DNA of 64,000 bases. It comes from a virus. Taxonomy: Duplodnaviria > Caudoviricetes. A program made the position numbers and the translations under genes. The notes under the pieces were generated by a model that worked only from the letters and a program-made list of their open reading frames with translations, did not search any database and had not been told where the DNA came from. The stretch's first letter is position 1, and every line of letters begins with the position of its first letter. This document shows, one piece after another, positions 36,101 to 44,603 of this stretch. Location of the stretch: the IMG/VR virus record IMGVR_UViG_3300023435_000009; one strand, given 5' to 3'.

Positions 36101-38501
36101 TGCCGCTGCCGGTGGTCAGGCTGCCCTGGTACAGGGTCCGATTGCTCGGGCCTACGAGTGCCCCGTGACCGGCGAGTACAAGCCCTATGACCGGATCATC
36201 CTCCGCAACCGCTTCCTGCCAGGTGGTGGCGGAAGCATGGCTGCCGACTTCGTGGTGTCCCAGACCGAATTGGGGGTCCAGGTCGGAAACGACATCGTTG
36301 GGCTGGCTACGGGAGACACCGGATACGCCGGGTCCGCCGCTGTTGTTCACCCCGCTACGATGTACGGGAACGTGGGCATCATTGGTGGTCAGGATGCAGT
36401 CACGGCAGAGCCTGCGGTTCTGTTCTATGACGGTACGGGCACCCAGGGAGCGAACGACGACTTCCTCTTTGAGTTGGACGGTACCCCGGTAGAGGTGAAC
36501 TTCACCGCTACCCCCACGGGAACGTCCACGGCGCTGGGTCCGATCACGGCTGTCGCCTCGGTTCTCGGTCAGATCGTTGCAGCGATGGCAGCCGTTCCGG
36601 GCGCACCCTGGGGCAACGCAGCCGCAGTCATCGCTGCCGGGCTGGTTATCCAGGAAGGTGCAGGCACCCGCCTCAAGGGTGTCCTGACGAACGAGCAGGC
36701 CAAGATCGTTATCGGGTCTGGGAACGCCAACGGCTCCATCGGGTTCGGTTCCGGTGCCGCAGCATTCCGCTCCCTGGTGGAGACCAAGAAACTGGCATCT
36801 GCTCTGATGAGTCACCAGATTGCCACTTTCAACGACTGGACTTTGGATCCCACCGCCGTCCCCGGTGGTGGAACCCACACCTTCGTCCGTTATGGATTCG
36901 CTACGGTGGTCCTGGACGAGACCGACGCTGAGTTCCTGTACATCCAGGACGCTCCGGCACTGACGGCTTCCTTGGGGAGCGCATCCAGCGTGACCGTCAG
37001 GGATCCCAGCCCGAACGTGCAGAGCGCTCTGTTCTACGGCACGGGCCTCACCTCCGAGGACGGCGACGGTGCGGTGGGTGACCCGGCACTGGATGGCTAC
37101 TTCGTCATTTCCAGCAACAGCGCTGGGTCCGGTTCCGTTGCCACCTCGGTGCTCAACAACGGTACGGGCCAGGACGGTGTGGTCGGACAGACCTACATCG
37201 ATGACGTGACCGGCCTGACCTTCACGATCCTCCCGAGGAACTGGAGCACGGATAAGGTCGGTCCCTGGATCAGCTATCCCACGGGTGCCACGGCAATCTT
37301 CCGGGTCGCCTGTTCCACGACGTTCACCTGTGACGCCAACATCCCGGTCCGGGTTATTCCCGGTGTGGAGATGAAGGTGGCCAACACTGTGAACGTGGCT
37401 GTCGATGATACGGCGACGGTGAAGACCTACGAGCGTGCGGGCAACGAGCCCTCCATCGGTGACCTGTACTACGCCAGCTACATCTACACGAAGCAGGACT
37501 TCACGACTCAGTTCTACACCAAGATGTCCTCGGTGGAGGCAGCCTACGGCTCCCCCATCCCGGACAACCCGGTGTCCCTCGCCACCTACCTGGCGATGTT
37601 GAATGGTGCGGTCCTGGTCGGAGTGAAGCAGGTCCAGAAGGAAGGGACTGGTGAGCAGGCCAGTGTCGCCTCCTACACCGCAGCGATTGCGGAGATGGAA
37701 GGTGTGCTGCCCGGCTTCGTGACCCCCGATATCATCACGCCGATGCGGGGTGATTCGACGGACATGTACCAGATCCTCCGTCGCTCCTGTGACAAGATGA
37801 GCAGCATCCGGTACAAGTCCGAACGGACGGCCATCGTCGGTACGGTCTCGGGAACGCTTCCCACGGATGCAATCTCGCTGGCCCAGACCCTGGGTAGCAC
37901 CCGTATGCGGCTGGTGTACCCGGACATGGCAACCCTCACCGTTCAGGACAACCTGAACAATGTGCGGGAGTATCTGGTGGACGGACCCTTCCTGGCCGCA
38001 GCTCTTGCAGGCTCGGTTGTGTCCCCGAACCTTGATGTGGCGACTCCCTGGACGGGGCGTCGGCTGACCGGGTTCACCCAGCTTGCCCGCCTGCTCGACC
38101 CGGTCGAGGCCAATCAGGTGGCACAGAAGGGTGTGACGATCCTCGAAGACAAGCCTCCGTTCCTGCGGGTGCGGCACGGTCTGACCACGGACATGTCCAA
38201 CATCCTGACCAAGCTGCCGACGATCATCATGATCGCAGACGAGGTGCAGCGGCAGGCCCGGAACGTCCTGGAGAACTTCGTTGGGATCAAGTTCCTGCCC
38301 GGTGTCGTGAGCCAGATCGAGGGTCGGTTGGCGATGATGCTCAAGCGGCTCGTTGCCGCCCAGATCATCAGTGCCTACACCGGAGTCAAGGCCAACATCT
38401 CAGCCGACGATCCCACAATCGCAGAGATAGAGGCGTACTATTCCCCAGTATTCCCACTATTATACCTAATTCTCACCTTTCATTTGAGGTCAAGTTTGTA
38501 G
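33192..38501 (+). CDS. contractile tail sheath protein (1769 aa)
   Basis: N-terminal YAPPGVF; C-terminal RTAIVG...FLAAALAG...NQVAQKGVTILE...VRHGLTT...IADEVQRQ...PVFPLLY sheath core. Confidence 0.9.
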   Translation: MPFPGQNYAPPGVFTTTLFENPLASALESLKIPIIIGEGNENLIQQDLEIVRGSSSTVDQRVVGEDESLRAVVVESATGQITLGAWDGVLDKLQVVNYPIVTGDGTGTTTTSRTDVTVTINNEVIAVRSVAGSTGLVQLATVPSPGDVVRCTYYFDRTDTLLTDDVSEQVPNRLATVKALSGLADVDAPNSTSAVLDIHGDITVGGVVVDAANNVVNLVVDSVARSIALPARSTYTMAQIAAAITAARAGTLTATTFVNSYGHSTLSLLATYSVSVADGSANGLLGLIAGLADNRVSTFYTFQGPIVDGSGGGVTTTDPSHVVVRVDGVQVIPSSVDGASRAVTLSRAPKAGAVMSIQYYWNTWQDTFDYLAHIAVTSVTQCGSVPGVSDYTQGADFILEDDRIMWGTAATVIAGINTVGSEPFDDTQIGLSLVDNRTFLGACTPVVSAAGGVSTDSRLSFQLPVSPTLGNGRDTPLGQSLYQTISNNRIDVATNRPDVVWAYWGYDVQDAMARGKVEVLKVEGSVLTLAEAVPPGASVWATVYYNVLTDATYTIANEAAGASGVGQYAVKNALGASIFGASITAGSKGAALVGVTVEFPSGSELNPDFHYESVSGDFFTGPVDEIVTVQFAARKASPAKYGLSGAGPYAFIDGQSDHLRVQVHGIEATSTAGLDLASPSAVLTHTGGFFASLVGTELAYEGGVGSVEGESVTITADETLTLIVDDVSIPVVLPPATAVDATYFADRINEHASGHGGLAQGGSIASTLVLSATATPPAAATSDDYYNGWVIVVGNGGAGTAGQAVTVTDYDGVTQTATVTPVWAAASPIVTDPYFIYNPNTVALYTGATKFDGPVTLAVGLHDKMRMVYTGDVSGALVFTAGNTVDLGDGPFATAALLAAEVTSQTAVQVTALASVAHAGLIITCAANADGQLQFSMQLPGVDTAGSLQFLDAATAAEDFAILAGLDTGAAAAGGQAALVQGPIARAYECPVTGEYKPYDRIILRNRFLPGGGGSMAADFVVSQTELGVQVGNDIVGLATGDTGYAGSAAVVHPATMYGNVGIIGGQDAVTAEPAVLFYDGTGTQGANDDFLFELDGTPVEVNFTATPTGTSTALGPITAVASVLGQIVAAMAAVPGAPWGNAAAVIAAGLVIQEGAGTRLKGVLTNEQAKIVIGSGNANGSIGFGSGAAAFRSLVETKKLASALMSHQIATFNDWTLDPTAVPGGGTHTFVRYGFATVVLDETDAEFLYIQDAPALTASLGSASSVTVRDPSPNVQSALFYGTGLTSEDGDGAVGDPALDGYFVISSNSAGSGSVATSVLNNGTGQDGVVGQTYIDDVTGLTFTILPRNWSTDKVGPWISYPTGATAIFRVACSTTFTCDANIPVRVIPGVEMKVANTVNVAVDDTATVKTYERAGNEPSIGDLYYASYIYTKQDFTTQFYTKMSSVEAAYGSPIPDNPVSLATYLAMLNGAVLVGVKQVQKEGTGEQASVASYTAAIAEMEGVLPGFVTPDIITPMRGDSTDMYQILRRSCDKMSSIRYKSERTAIVGTVSGTLPTDAISLAQTLGSTRMRLVYPDMATLTVQDNLNNVREYLVDGPFLAAALAGSVVSPNLDVATPWTGRRLTGFTQLARLLDPVEANQVAQKGVTILEDKPPFLRVRHGLTTDMSNILTKLPTIIMIADEVQRQARNVLENFVGIKFLPGVVSQIEGRLAMMLKRLVAAQIISAYTGVKANISADDPTIAEIEAYYSPVFPLLYLILTFHLRSSL

Positions 38502-38538
38502 GGCAGCCACTATTCAGCGTAAAAGAGCCTAGTAATCC

Positions 38539-38567
38539 TTGACGACCTCCTGATTTCCCGGTATCGT
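38539..38567 (+). promoter_or_regulatory. sigma70-like promoter of the endonuclease gene
   Basis: TTGACG (38539-44) - N17 - TATCGT (38562-67); AGGAGG, then ATG 38587. Confidence 0.65.
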
Positions 38568-38586
38568 GGATTTAGGAGGTGGCTCA

Positions 38587-40557
38587 ATGGGTGGACCAAG
38601 ATCTAAAGCAACTCAGGAAGAAATCCTAGACCCTTTTGCGACGACGGAGCCTTTCAAAGCTGTTGCTCGTCGTTTGGGCATGAGTCCCAACACTTTACGA
38701 GTTAAATGGAAGGCCGCTTTTGGGGAAGATGCCTTTGTCGCACGTGGCAAAAAGCTCCAGGCTGCTGCGGCTGCCAAAACATGTCGGGCTACGGCTAACT
38801 CTCGTGTGTACAAGGACGTTACAGTGGCATGTTCAAAGTGTCATAGTCCTGTCGTTCTGAAAGCTAATCAGACGGCACACATGGAGTTAACAACTTTCGT
38901 CTGTGAAAATTGCCGTTGTGATCGTGCTTGTCCTGTGTGTGGCTTACAGGTAGTTGGGGAAGGGGGTCTGGCGGGACATTTCGGACGTCGTAGAAAGGCG
39001 GGGGACGAGGCGCACATTCGTTATCAGGATGCCCAAAGGGAAGCCCGTTGGGCTAGTGTCACACAGGGGGTTGACTACGTCGTCTGCCTTGTCTGTGGTC
39101 ATCGTTCGAAGTCTTTGGCTCGACATTTGAAAGCGGCACATGGGATTACGGCGGATCAGTACCGTGCTCAGTATGGTCGAGATGTTCAGATTCGTTCCCT
39201 AAAGGTTGAACGGGCAATGTCTGACGCTGCTAGGACTAGGGATGGTGGACATGGTACAGGCGAGGTTAAGTCCGTCACCTGTCCGGGGTGTGGTACGCCC
39301 CATGACGTTTCCAAGTTTTTGGGTTGGATGCATGACAGTCGTTGTCCCTCCTGCCAACAGAAAGCCGAGGATACCAGATGGGCTGACAAGTTCGAACCTG
39401 AGGATTACGTGACTTGTTTAGAGTGTGGGTACAGAGCGGAGAACCTAACTAGCCACATACAGAACGCTCATCCTGGGTACCGACAGCAACACCCAAAAGC
39501 CTTAATGGTAGCTTTGTCATCAGCAATACGGGACAAGTCTGTATTACGAGGGCGACGACTGTCGGATGAAACCCGACAGAAGATGTCCGAGAATGCCGGG
39601 CGTTGGAACAAGGGACTAACCAAGGAGGACCATCCGAGCATCGCCCGGAGTTCCAAAAAAATGTTAGGACGGCCTTCTTGGAGTAAAGGATTGACAGCAG
39701 CAGAGGATCCTCGTTTGGCGGAAACTGCCCGGAAGTTGAAATTCTATACTGGAGAGAACCGTCCTTGGGATAATGGGTTGGCTGCTAATTTAACCCTGAA
39801 GGATTTCGAACCCTTTATGGATGCTGATGGCTGTGTTGATCATCATCGGGTGACGGAAGTTACGGGGGTCTCTTGGATCACTGTGCGAAAGTATATCGTG
39901 GACCTGGGGTTGGCTCAGACTCGGCGGTACGTCAGGAACGCTGCTGATGACCGGACGATCCGGTTGGATAAGGCATTACTGGAACAGTTCAAACTGAAGA
40001 ACGGGAAGGTTTCCATTGGTAAAGCGATGTCCGTGACGGGGCATCATTACCCCGTTATCAAGAGGGAGTGTGACCGGCATGGCCTGCCTACCTTTCATCG
40101 GCATATCCGACAAATTCTTTGTTTGGACGCTGTTAGTAAGGCTTTGGGTGACGTGCCCTATGAGATGGAATGGTCCTCCATGAGATATACCAACCCTCCG
40201 ACTGGACGTCGTTTCCGTTTCGATGGTCATTTCCTTCTCCCTGACGCTACCCACCTAATAGTTGAATTCCAGGGTCATCAGCATTACACGTTCCCTAACG
40301 CTTTTATGATTGACGAGTCCTATTTGCCTGAATATGAGGCACTACGGGAGCGTGACCGGATTAAGCGGGAGATGGTCCAGGCTTCGTCCGGATTCCATTA
40401 CCTGGAGGTTACTGAGGATGAGCCCTACCGAGACGTGTCCTATCTACAGGGACGGTTAGTTTCCCTCGGTGTTCTTGAAGCGAAGGCACAGGGTCTTTGG
40501 TTAGGGACGAGGTTGATTTGTCCCGCTCAGGATCAAACTGAGATTAGCCGACCTTGA
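38587..40557 (+). CDS. homing-endonuclease-like protein (MucR/C2H2-type fingers, NUMOD3-like motif, PD-(D/E)xK nuclease)
   Basis: CLVCG...LARHLKAAHGITADQYR; LSDETRQKMSE...WNKGLTK; FRFDGHF...IVEFQGHQHY...RDRIKRE. Confidence 0.75.
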   Translation: MGGPRSKATQEEILDPFATTEPFKAVARRLGMSPNTLRVKWKAAFGEDAFVARGKKLQAAAAAKTCRATANSRVYKDVTVACSKCHSPVVLKANQTAHMELTTFVCENCRCDRACPVCGLQVVGEGGLAGHFGRRRKAGDEAHIRYQDAQREARWASVTQGVDYVVCLVCGHRSKSLARHLKAAHGITADQYRAQYGRDVQIRSLKVERAMSDAARTRDGGHGTGEVKSVTCPGCGTPHDVSKFLGWMHDSRCPSCQQKAEDTRWADKFEPEDYVTCLECGYRAENLTSHIQNAHPGYRQQHPKALMVALSSAIRDKSVLRGRRLSDETRQKMSENAGRWNKGLTKEDHPSIARSSKKMLGRPSWSKGLTAAEDPRLAETARKLKFYTGENRPWDNGLAANLTLKDFEPFMDADGCVDHHRVTEVTGVSWITVRKYIVDLGLAQTRRYVRNAADDRTIRLDKALLEQFKLKNGKVSIGKAMSVTGHHYPVIKRECDRHGLPTFHRHIRQILCLDAVSKALGDVPYEMEWSSMRYTNPPTGRRFRFDGHFLLPDATHLIVEFQGHQHYTFPNAFMIDESYLPEYEALRERDRIKREMVQASSGFHYLEVTEDEPYRDVSYLQGRLVSLGVLEAKAQGLWLGTRLICPAQDQTEISRP

Positions 40558-40960
40558 TGTCGACGGGCTGGACCTTGGCGGTCTTCCTGAAGGGGATCCT
40601 CACGGTCAGGACACCGTTCACACACTTGGCGTCGATCTTGGCCGTGTCGTACTTCTCATCGAGCAGTACACTGGCGGAGAAGGTGTGTTCCTTGCCGCCT
40701 TGTATGAGAGGGAGCTTGTAGGTGACGTCGATCTGAAGCGACCCCTTCTCGACCTTGATGGTCACATCCTCACGGGTGGCTCCGGGGATGAGCGCCTGGT
40801 ACGTGGACCCCGTGTCATCGTGGACGATCCCATGTACTCCTACCTCGGTGCTTTTCCACTCGGGGGTGTCCTTCCCGAAGAGATCGTCCAGTTTCCTGAA
40901 CATCTCATCGAACCGGGGGCCGAAGATGTTGTCCCCATCGAATCCGCATCTGTCCTTCAT
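40544..40960 (-). CDS. small heat-shock protein (Hsp20 / alpha-crystallin)
   Basis: ALIPG..REDVTIKVEKGSLQI...IDAKCVNGVLTVRIP; AGGAGG RBS. Confidence 0.9.
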   Translation of the reverse strand: MKDRCGFDGDNIFGPRFDEMFRKLDDLFGKDTPEWKSTEVGVHGIVHDDTGSTYQALIPGATREDVTIKVEKGSLQIDVTYKLPLIQGGKEHTFSASVLLDEKYDTAKIDAKCVNGVLTVRIPFRKTAKVQPVDIKVG

Positions 40961-41012
40961 TGTGGCCTCCTTTTGCTGCCTACAACCCTGAAGGTAACAG
41001 GGCTATGCCTCC

Positions 41013-41080
41013 TGTCAAGATGAAACCTCTGAAAAATCTTTTTTGACAAACTTGACAGCGGGAAGTTGACAGCCTACTCT
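41013..41080. promoter_or_regulatory. divergent promoter region with four TTGACA elements
   Basis: TGTCAA 41013-18 (minus-strand TTGACA); TTGACA at 41043, 41052 and 41066; TTGACA (41052-57) - N17 - TACTCT (41075-80). Confidence 0.55.
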
Positions 41081-41103
41081 AGCGAGCAAGGACGGGGGTA
41101 GGA

Positions 41104-41829
41104 ATGCAGCACTACATCTATTTTTTAGAGGACGCAAAAAATGAGGCCATTAAGATAGGGACATCCACAAACCCTCGGGACCGAGCATCTGCTATTCAGG
41201 TGTCCACACCGTCTAATGTGGTTCTTTTGCGTTATGTCCCGGTCAAGGCTCCCTATGATGTGGAGGAGTTTCTGCACCGGCAGTTTCAACATCTTTATAT
41301 CAGGGGGGAGTGGTTTCGGAATGTCCCGGAACTCAAGGAGTTCGCTCTGAGGGGGGACGTTCCGCAGTTTGTTCCTCAGGGTCAAAGGTCATCTTGTGCA
41401 GTAGCCTTGGACACGGATGACAAATGGTCTCTGCCCCAACTCTCAGAATTGGTGGGGGTCTCCGCCCGAACTATCAGGTACTACATCTCCATTTACCTTT
41501 TGCCTGGTCCTTGTCGTTCTGGACCGGGGGCCTACTACACCGAAAAACATCGGGTGATGCTTCTTTTTATCTCTGAGAAGAGGGCACAGCGGCTGAGTCT
41601 CACTGAGATCCGCTCTTTGTTGGAAAAGTCACTGCCCACAGAAACCAGATCTTTACCCCAAACTCCGGCTCAAAAGGAGATCGTGTATGCTGTTTCCGAT
41701 GATGTGATTGTACGCATTCCAGAGAGACTTTCCCCTTGGAGAAAAAACCGCATCCTTTCTGGTTTGGCTCAGTTTGAGCGAGACATTCAAAAGATCCCGG
41801 ATATTGCAGACGAAAACGAGGAGATTTGA
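41104..41829 (+). CDS. GIY-YIG (T5orf172-like) domain fused to a MerR-type HTH
   Basis: YIYF...IKIGTS...GEWF, then WSLPQLSELVGVSARTIRYYIS..LLPGP...YYT..H...LSLTEIR. Confidence 0.8.
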   Translation: MQHYIYFLEDAKNEAIKIGTSTNPRDRASAIQVSTPSNVVLLRYVPVKAPYDVEEFLHRQFQHLYIRGEWFRNVPELKEFALRGDVPQFVPQGQRSSCAVALDTDDKWSLPQLSELVGVSARTIRYYISIYLLPGPCRSGPGAYYTEKHRVMLLFISEKRAQRLSLTEIRSLLEKSLPTETRSLPQTPAQKEIVYAVSDDVIVRIPERLSPWRKNRILSGLAQFERDIQKIPDIADENEEI

Positions 41830-41831
41830 CG

Positions 41832-44414
41832 ATGAGAGGCATGGCACAGGAACTCGGAAACGTATTGGTGAATCCGCACACGCACGTCCCAGTGCCCCTG
41901 GCGATGGAGAAGATGGAGATGACAGGTCAGGTCACTCCTGCGGGTGGGTTGATGACCATCGTCCACAGCTTCAAGTGCGCCGGGGACCAGCCCATGGAGG
42001 CGCTGTACATCTTCCAGCTTCCCCGTGGTGGGGCCGTCCGGCGGTACAAGGTGAAGGGAAAGGACTTCGAGGTGGACTCCCAGCTTACCCCGAGGGAGGA
42101 CGCCCGGAAGGAGTACGAGGCTGGCGTGGAGGCCGGTCACCTGTCCACCCTGGCGGAGACTAGCCTGGACGGGGTCGTAACCATCATGGTGGGACAGGTC
42201 CAGCCCGATGAGACGGTCACGGTCGCTGTTGATGTGATCGGTGGGGTGGAACTGCAGGACGGGCGGTACCGCTTCCGGTTCCCCTTTACCCTGGCCCCCA
42301 GCTATCACAGCATTGCCCGCATCACGCCCACTTCTGGTGGTTCCAAGATGGAATTGCCTCAGGACATCTTCGATGAGTTGGTCCTGCCCGAGTGGAAGGA
42401 CAACGCCGAGGAGTTGCACGAGATCAGTTTCAGGCTTCACCTGGAGGCCGCTGGTTTGGTCGGTACCGTGTCCTCCCCCTCTCACAACGTGACGATGCAG
42501 CAGAACATCAATGGTTCCGCTGACGTTTGGCTGGCGGGCCTCTCCTCGTCCCCGGATCGGGATCTGGTCATCGACGTGTCCACCCGTGAGGTGGCCCCGG
42601 TGGTGTTTGCCGATCAGTCCATAGTGAAGGGGAAGCCATCTAAGGGCAAAAAAGGTCATCCCCGGTGGATGGTCGCCCTCCCCTCCGAACTCGTCCCACA
42701 GGCCACCCAGGTGCCCAGGAAGGTGATTTTCATGGTGGATCGCTCCGGCTCCATGCGGGGGAAGAGGATCGAGCAGGCCCTGGTGTCCGTGAAGGCGTGT
42801 CTTTCCGGGTTGGCTCCGGAGGATCAGTTTGGTCTGCTCCGGTTCGACAGTATGACGGAGACCTTCCATAAGAGCTTGGCGCAGGCTACCGATGACAATC
42901 GTGCTCGTGCGGCCCGCTGGTTGCAGGGGACACACTCTCAGGGTGGGACGCAGTTGGCTACGGCCTTGTCGGAGGCTCTGACGATCCTGGATGGTGATGG
43001 AGACATTTTCCTGATCACGGACGGTGAGGTGTGGGAGACCGGCCCCATCGTGGAGTCCATGGCTGCTTCCGGGAGCCGTGTCCATGTGCTGGGGATCGGG
43101 GGTGCTGCCCAGGATCGCTTCCTGGCCCAGCTTGCCCGGCGTACCGGCGGCGTCCAGAAGATGCTGAACCCCTCGGAGAACGTGCTCGCAGGGGCTATGG
43201 AACTGTTCAACGCCGTCAAGTGCCCCCGTCATTCCGACGTGAAGGTGCTGGTGGAGATGAACGGTTCGGCCAAGCCTCAGATGCACGAGGTCGGGGACGT
43301 GTGGGACGGTCGGCCTGTGTTCATCACGGACAACGGTGGGTCCAAGAACGGTTCCTACCCCGTCAGGATGGGCCTTGTTGGGATGAGTGTGGTGGTGGAC
43401 GTACCCACCCAGCGGGAGCTTTCAGAGGGTGCTGTGAGCCTTTTGTGGGCTGGGCGGCAGGTTGAGGATCTGGAAACCGCCATCGATATGGCTGGGAGTG
43501 GCCCGGCTCGGGTGGCAATGGAGACCAGCCTTAAGAAGATCTCGGTCGATTTTGGTATCGCCAGTCGGGTGATGTCCCTTTGTGCTATCGTCAAACGGGT
43601 CGGGGATCAGGCCGGGGTGACCCCGGAGCAGCGGGTGGTACCCACGGGTGTCCCCTACGACAAGGTGTTGGGCAGCGTACTTCGGAGTGCCAGCCCCAAC
43701 GACATCATGGTGAACCATTGTTTCGCTGCCTCCGCAGCATCTCACGAGCCCCCTACGTTTGGCGGTGTCCTCCATGCGATGTCCCCGGACACCTACGGGT
43801 CCACCGGGATGAATATCCGTCGTTCCTCTGTGAGGGGTTCGTCCATTGGTGCCTCCACGAAGGGATCTTCTGGCACTTGGGCAGATAGTTCTGGCACCTG
43901 GGCGGATAGTTCTGGCACCTGGGCGGATGATGTGGGAGTCGCCACTACGGGGGACAAGGACTACGGCTCGGACGGTTTGGGAGTGGAACTGCTCTTCGAT
44001 CAGGATCCGGGTGAGACTACCCCTTCGGTGAACACCTTGGGCCAGTCCCCTGTTGTATCCAGTACCCTGGGTGCCATTGTGCAGCATATGACCCTGCTGG
44101 CCCAGATCCAGTCCGATGGTGGATTGCCTGGGGCAACCCACGAGATCAGGGTGGCCAAGACTTTGCTCCTGGCACTCAAGTTGCTCCAGACTACGGTGCT
44201 GACGCAGACGAGCATGTATAAGGCGCACCTCACCCGGATGGCTGATTTCCTGGAGGCGGTGGGGTCGATTTACGACTTCCTGCCCCCTCTGGCCAAGAGG
44301 CTCAGGGCTGCATCTTCCCAGGTGCCGGGGGAGTGGGTACCGCAGGGTAACCTGGACGGTGCGGCGGCTCAGGCCACTATCGCTTCCGTCCAGATGGCCT
44401 TCCTTTCCAGGTGA
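41832..44414 (+). CDS. VIT plus von Willebrand A domain protein
   Basis: N-terminal VIT-like EALYIFQLP..GAV; MIDAS motif VDRSGSM...GGTQL...ITDGEV; start ambiguous (41826/41832/41841). Confidence 0.85.
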   Translation: MRGMAQELGNVLVNPHTHVPVPLAMEKMEMTGQVTPAGGLMTIVHSFKCAGDQPMEALYIFQLPRGGAVRRYKVKGKDFEVDSQLTPREDARKEYEAGVEAGHLSTLAETSLDGVVTIMVGQVQPDETVTVAVDVIGGVELQDGRYRFRFPFTLAPSYHSIARITPTSGGSKMELPQDIFDELVLPEWKDNAEELHEISFRLHLEAAGLVGTVSSPSHNVTMQQNINGSADVWLAGLSSSPDRDLVIDVSTREVAPVVFADQSIVKGKPSKGKKGHPRWMVALPSELVPQATQVPRKVIFMVDRSGSMRGKRIEQALVSVKACLSGLAPEDQFGLLRFDSMTETFHKSLAQATDDNRARAARWLQGTHSQGGTQLATALSEALTILDGDGDIFLITDGEVWETGPIVESMAASGSRVHVLGIGGAAQDRFLAQLARRTGGVQKMLNPSENVLAGAMELFNAVKCPRHSDVKVLVEMNGSAKPQMHEVGDVWDGRPVFITDNGGSKNGSYPVRMGLVGMSVVVDVPTQRELSEGAVSLLWAGRQVEDLETAIDMAGSGPARVAMETSLKKISVDFGIASRVMSLCAIVKRVGDQAGVTPEQRVVPTGVPYDKVLGSVLRSASPNDIMVNHCFAASAASHEPPTFGGVLHAMSPDTYGSTGMNIRRSSVRGSSIGASTKGSSGTWADSSGTWADSSGTWADDVGVATTGDKDYGSDGLGVELLFDQDPGETTPSVNTLGQSPVVSSTLGAIVQHMTLLAQIQSDGGLPGATHEIRVAKTLLLALKLLQTTVLTQTSMYKAHLTRMADFLEAVGSIYDFLPPLAKRLRAASSQVPGEWVPQGNLDGAAAQATIASVQMAFLSR
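43869..43931 (+). repeat. 21-bp in-frame tandem repeat x3 (SGTWADS)
   Basis: TCTGGCAC(T/C)TGGGC(A/G)GAT(AGT/GAT). Confidence 0.9.
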
Positions 44415-44603
44415 CTCTTAGGGGGCCTTTCCGGTAAAGTGATTTAATGGAGGTGCCCCATGCCCGAGTGTCCGCCTCTACCACGAAACAGTCTCTGATC
44501 CTCCTTTAGGCCAGCCGCAGACCCTCATCGTTTTTCCGGTTATATTAGACTCTGAGTGAGGACGGATACCGTCTTACGACCTCGTGTGTAACGGGAGGAG
44601 CGC

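Noticed and set aside
35901-38177. 758-aa antisense ORF (also 33243..34310, 41787..43286 and similar)
   Set aside because: These are shadow ORFs opposite GC3-rich genes, with no RBS and no recognisable motifs.
38363-38388. Fifth GATCATC-N13-GAGT motif (GAGTCA)
   Set aside because: It is an imperfect match inside the sheath coding sequence and could arise by chance from Ile-Ile codons.
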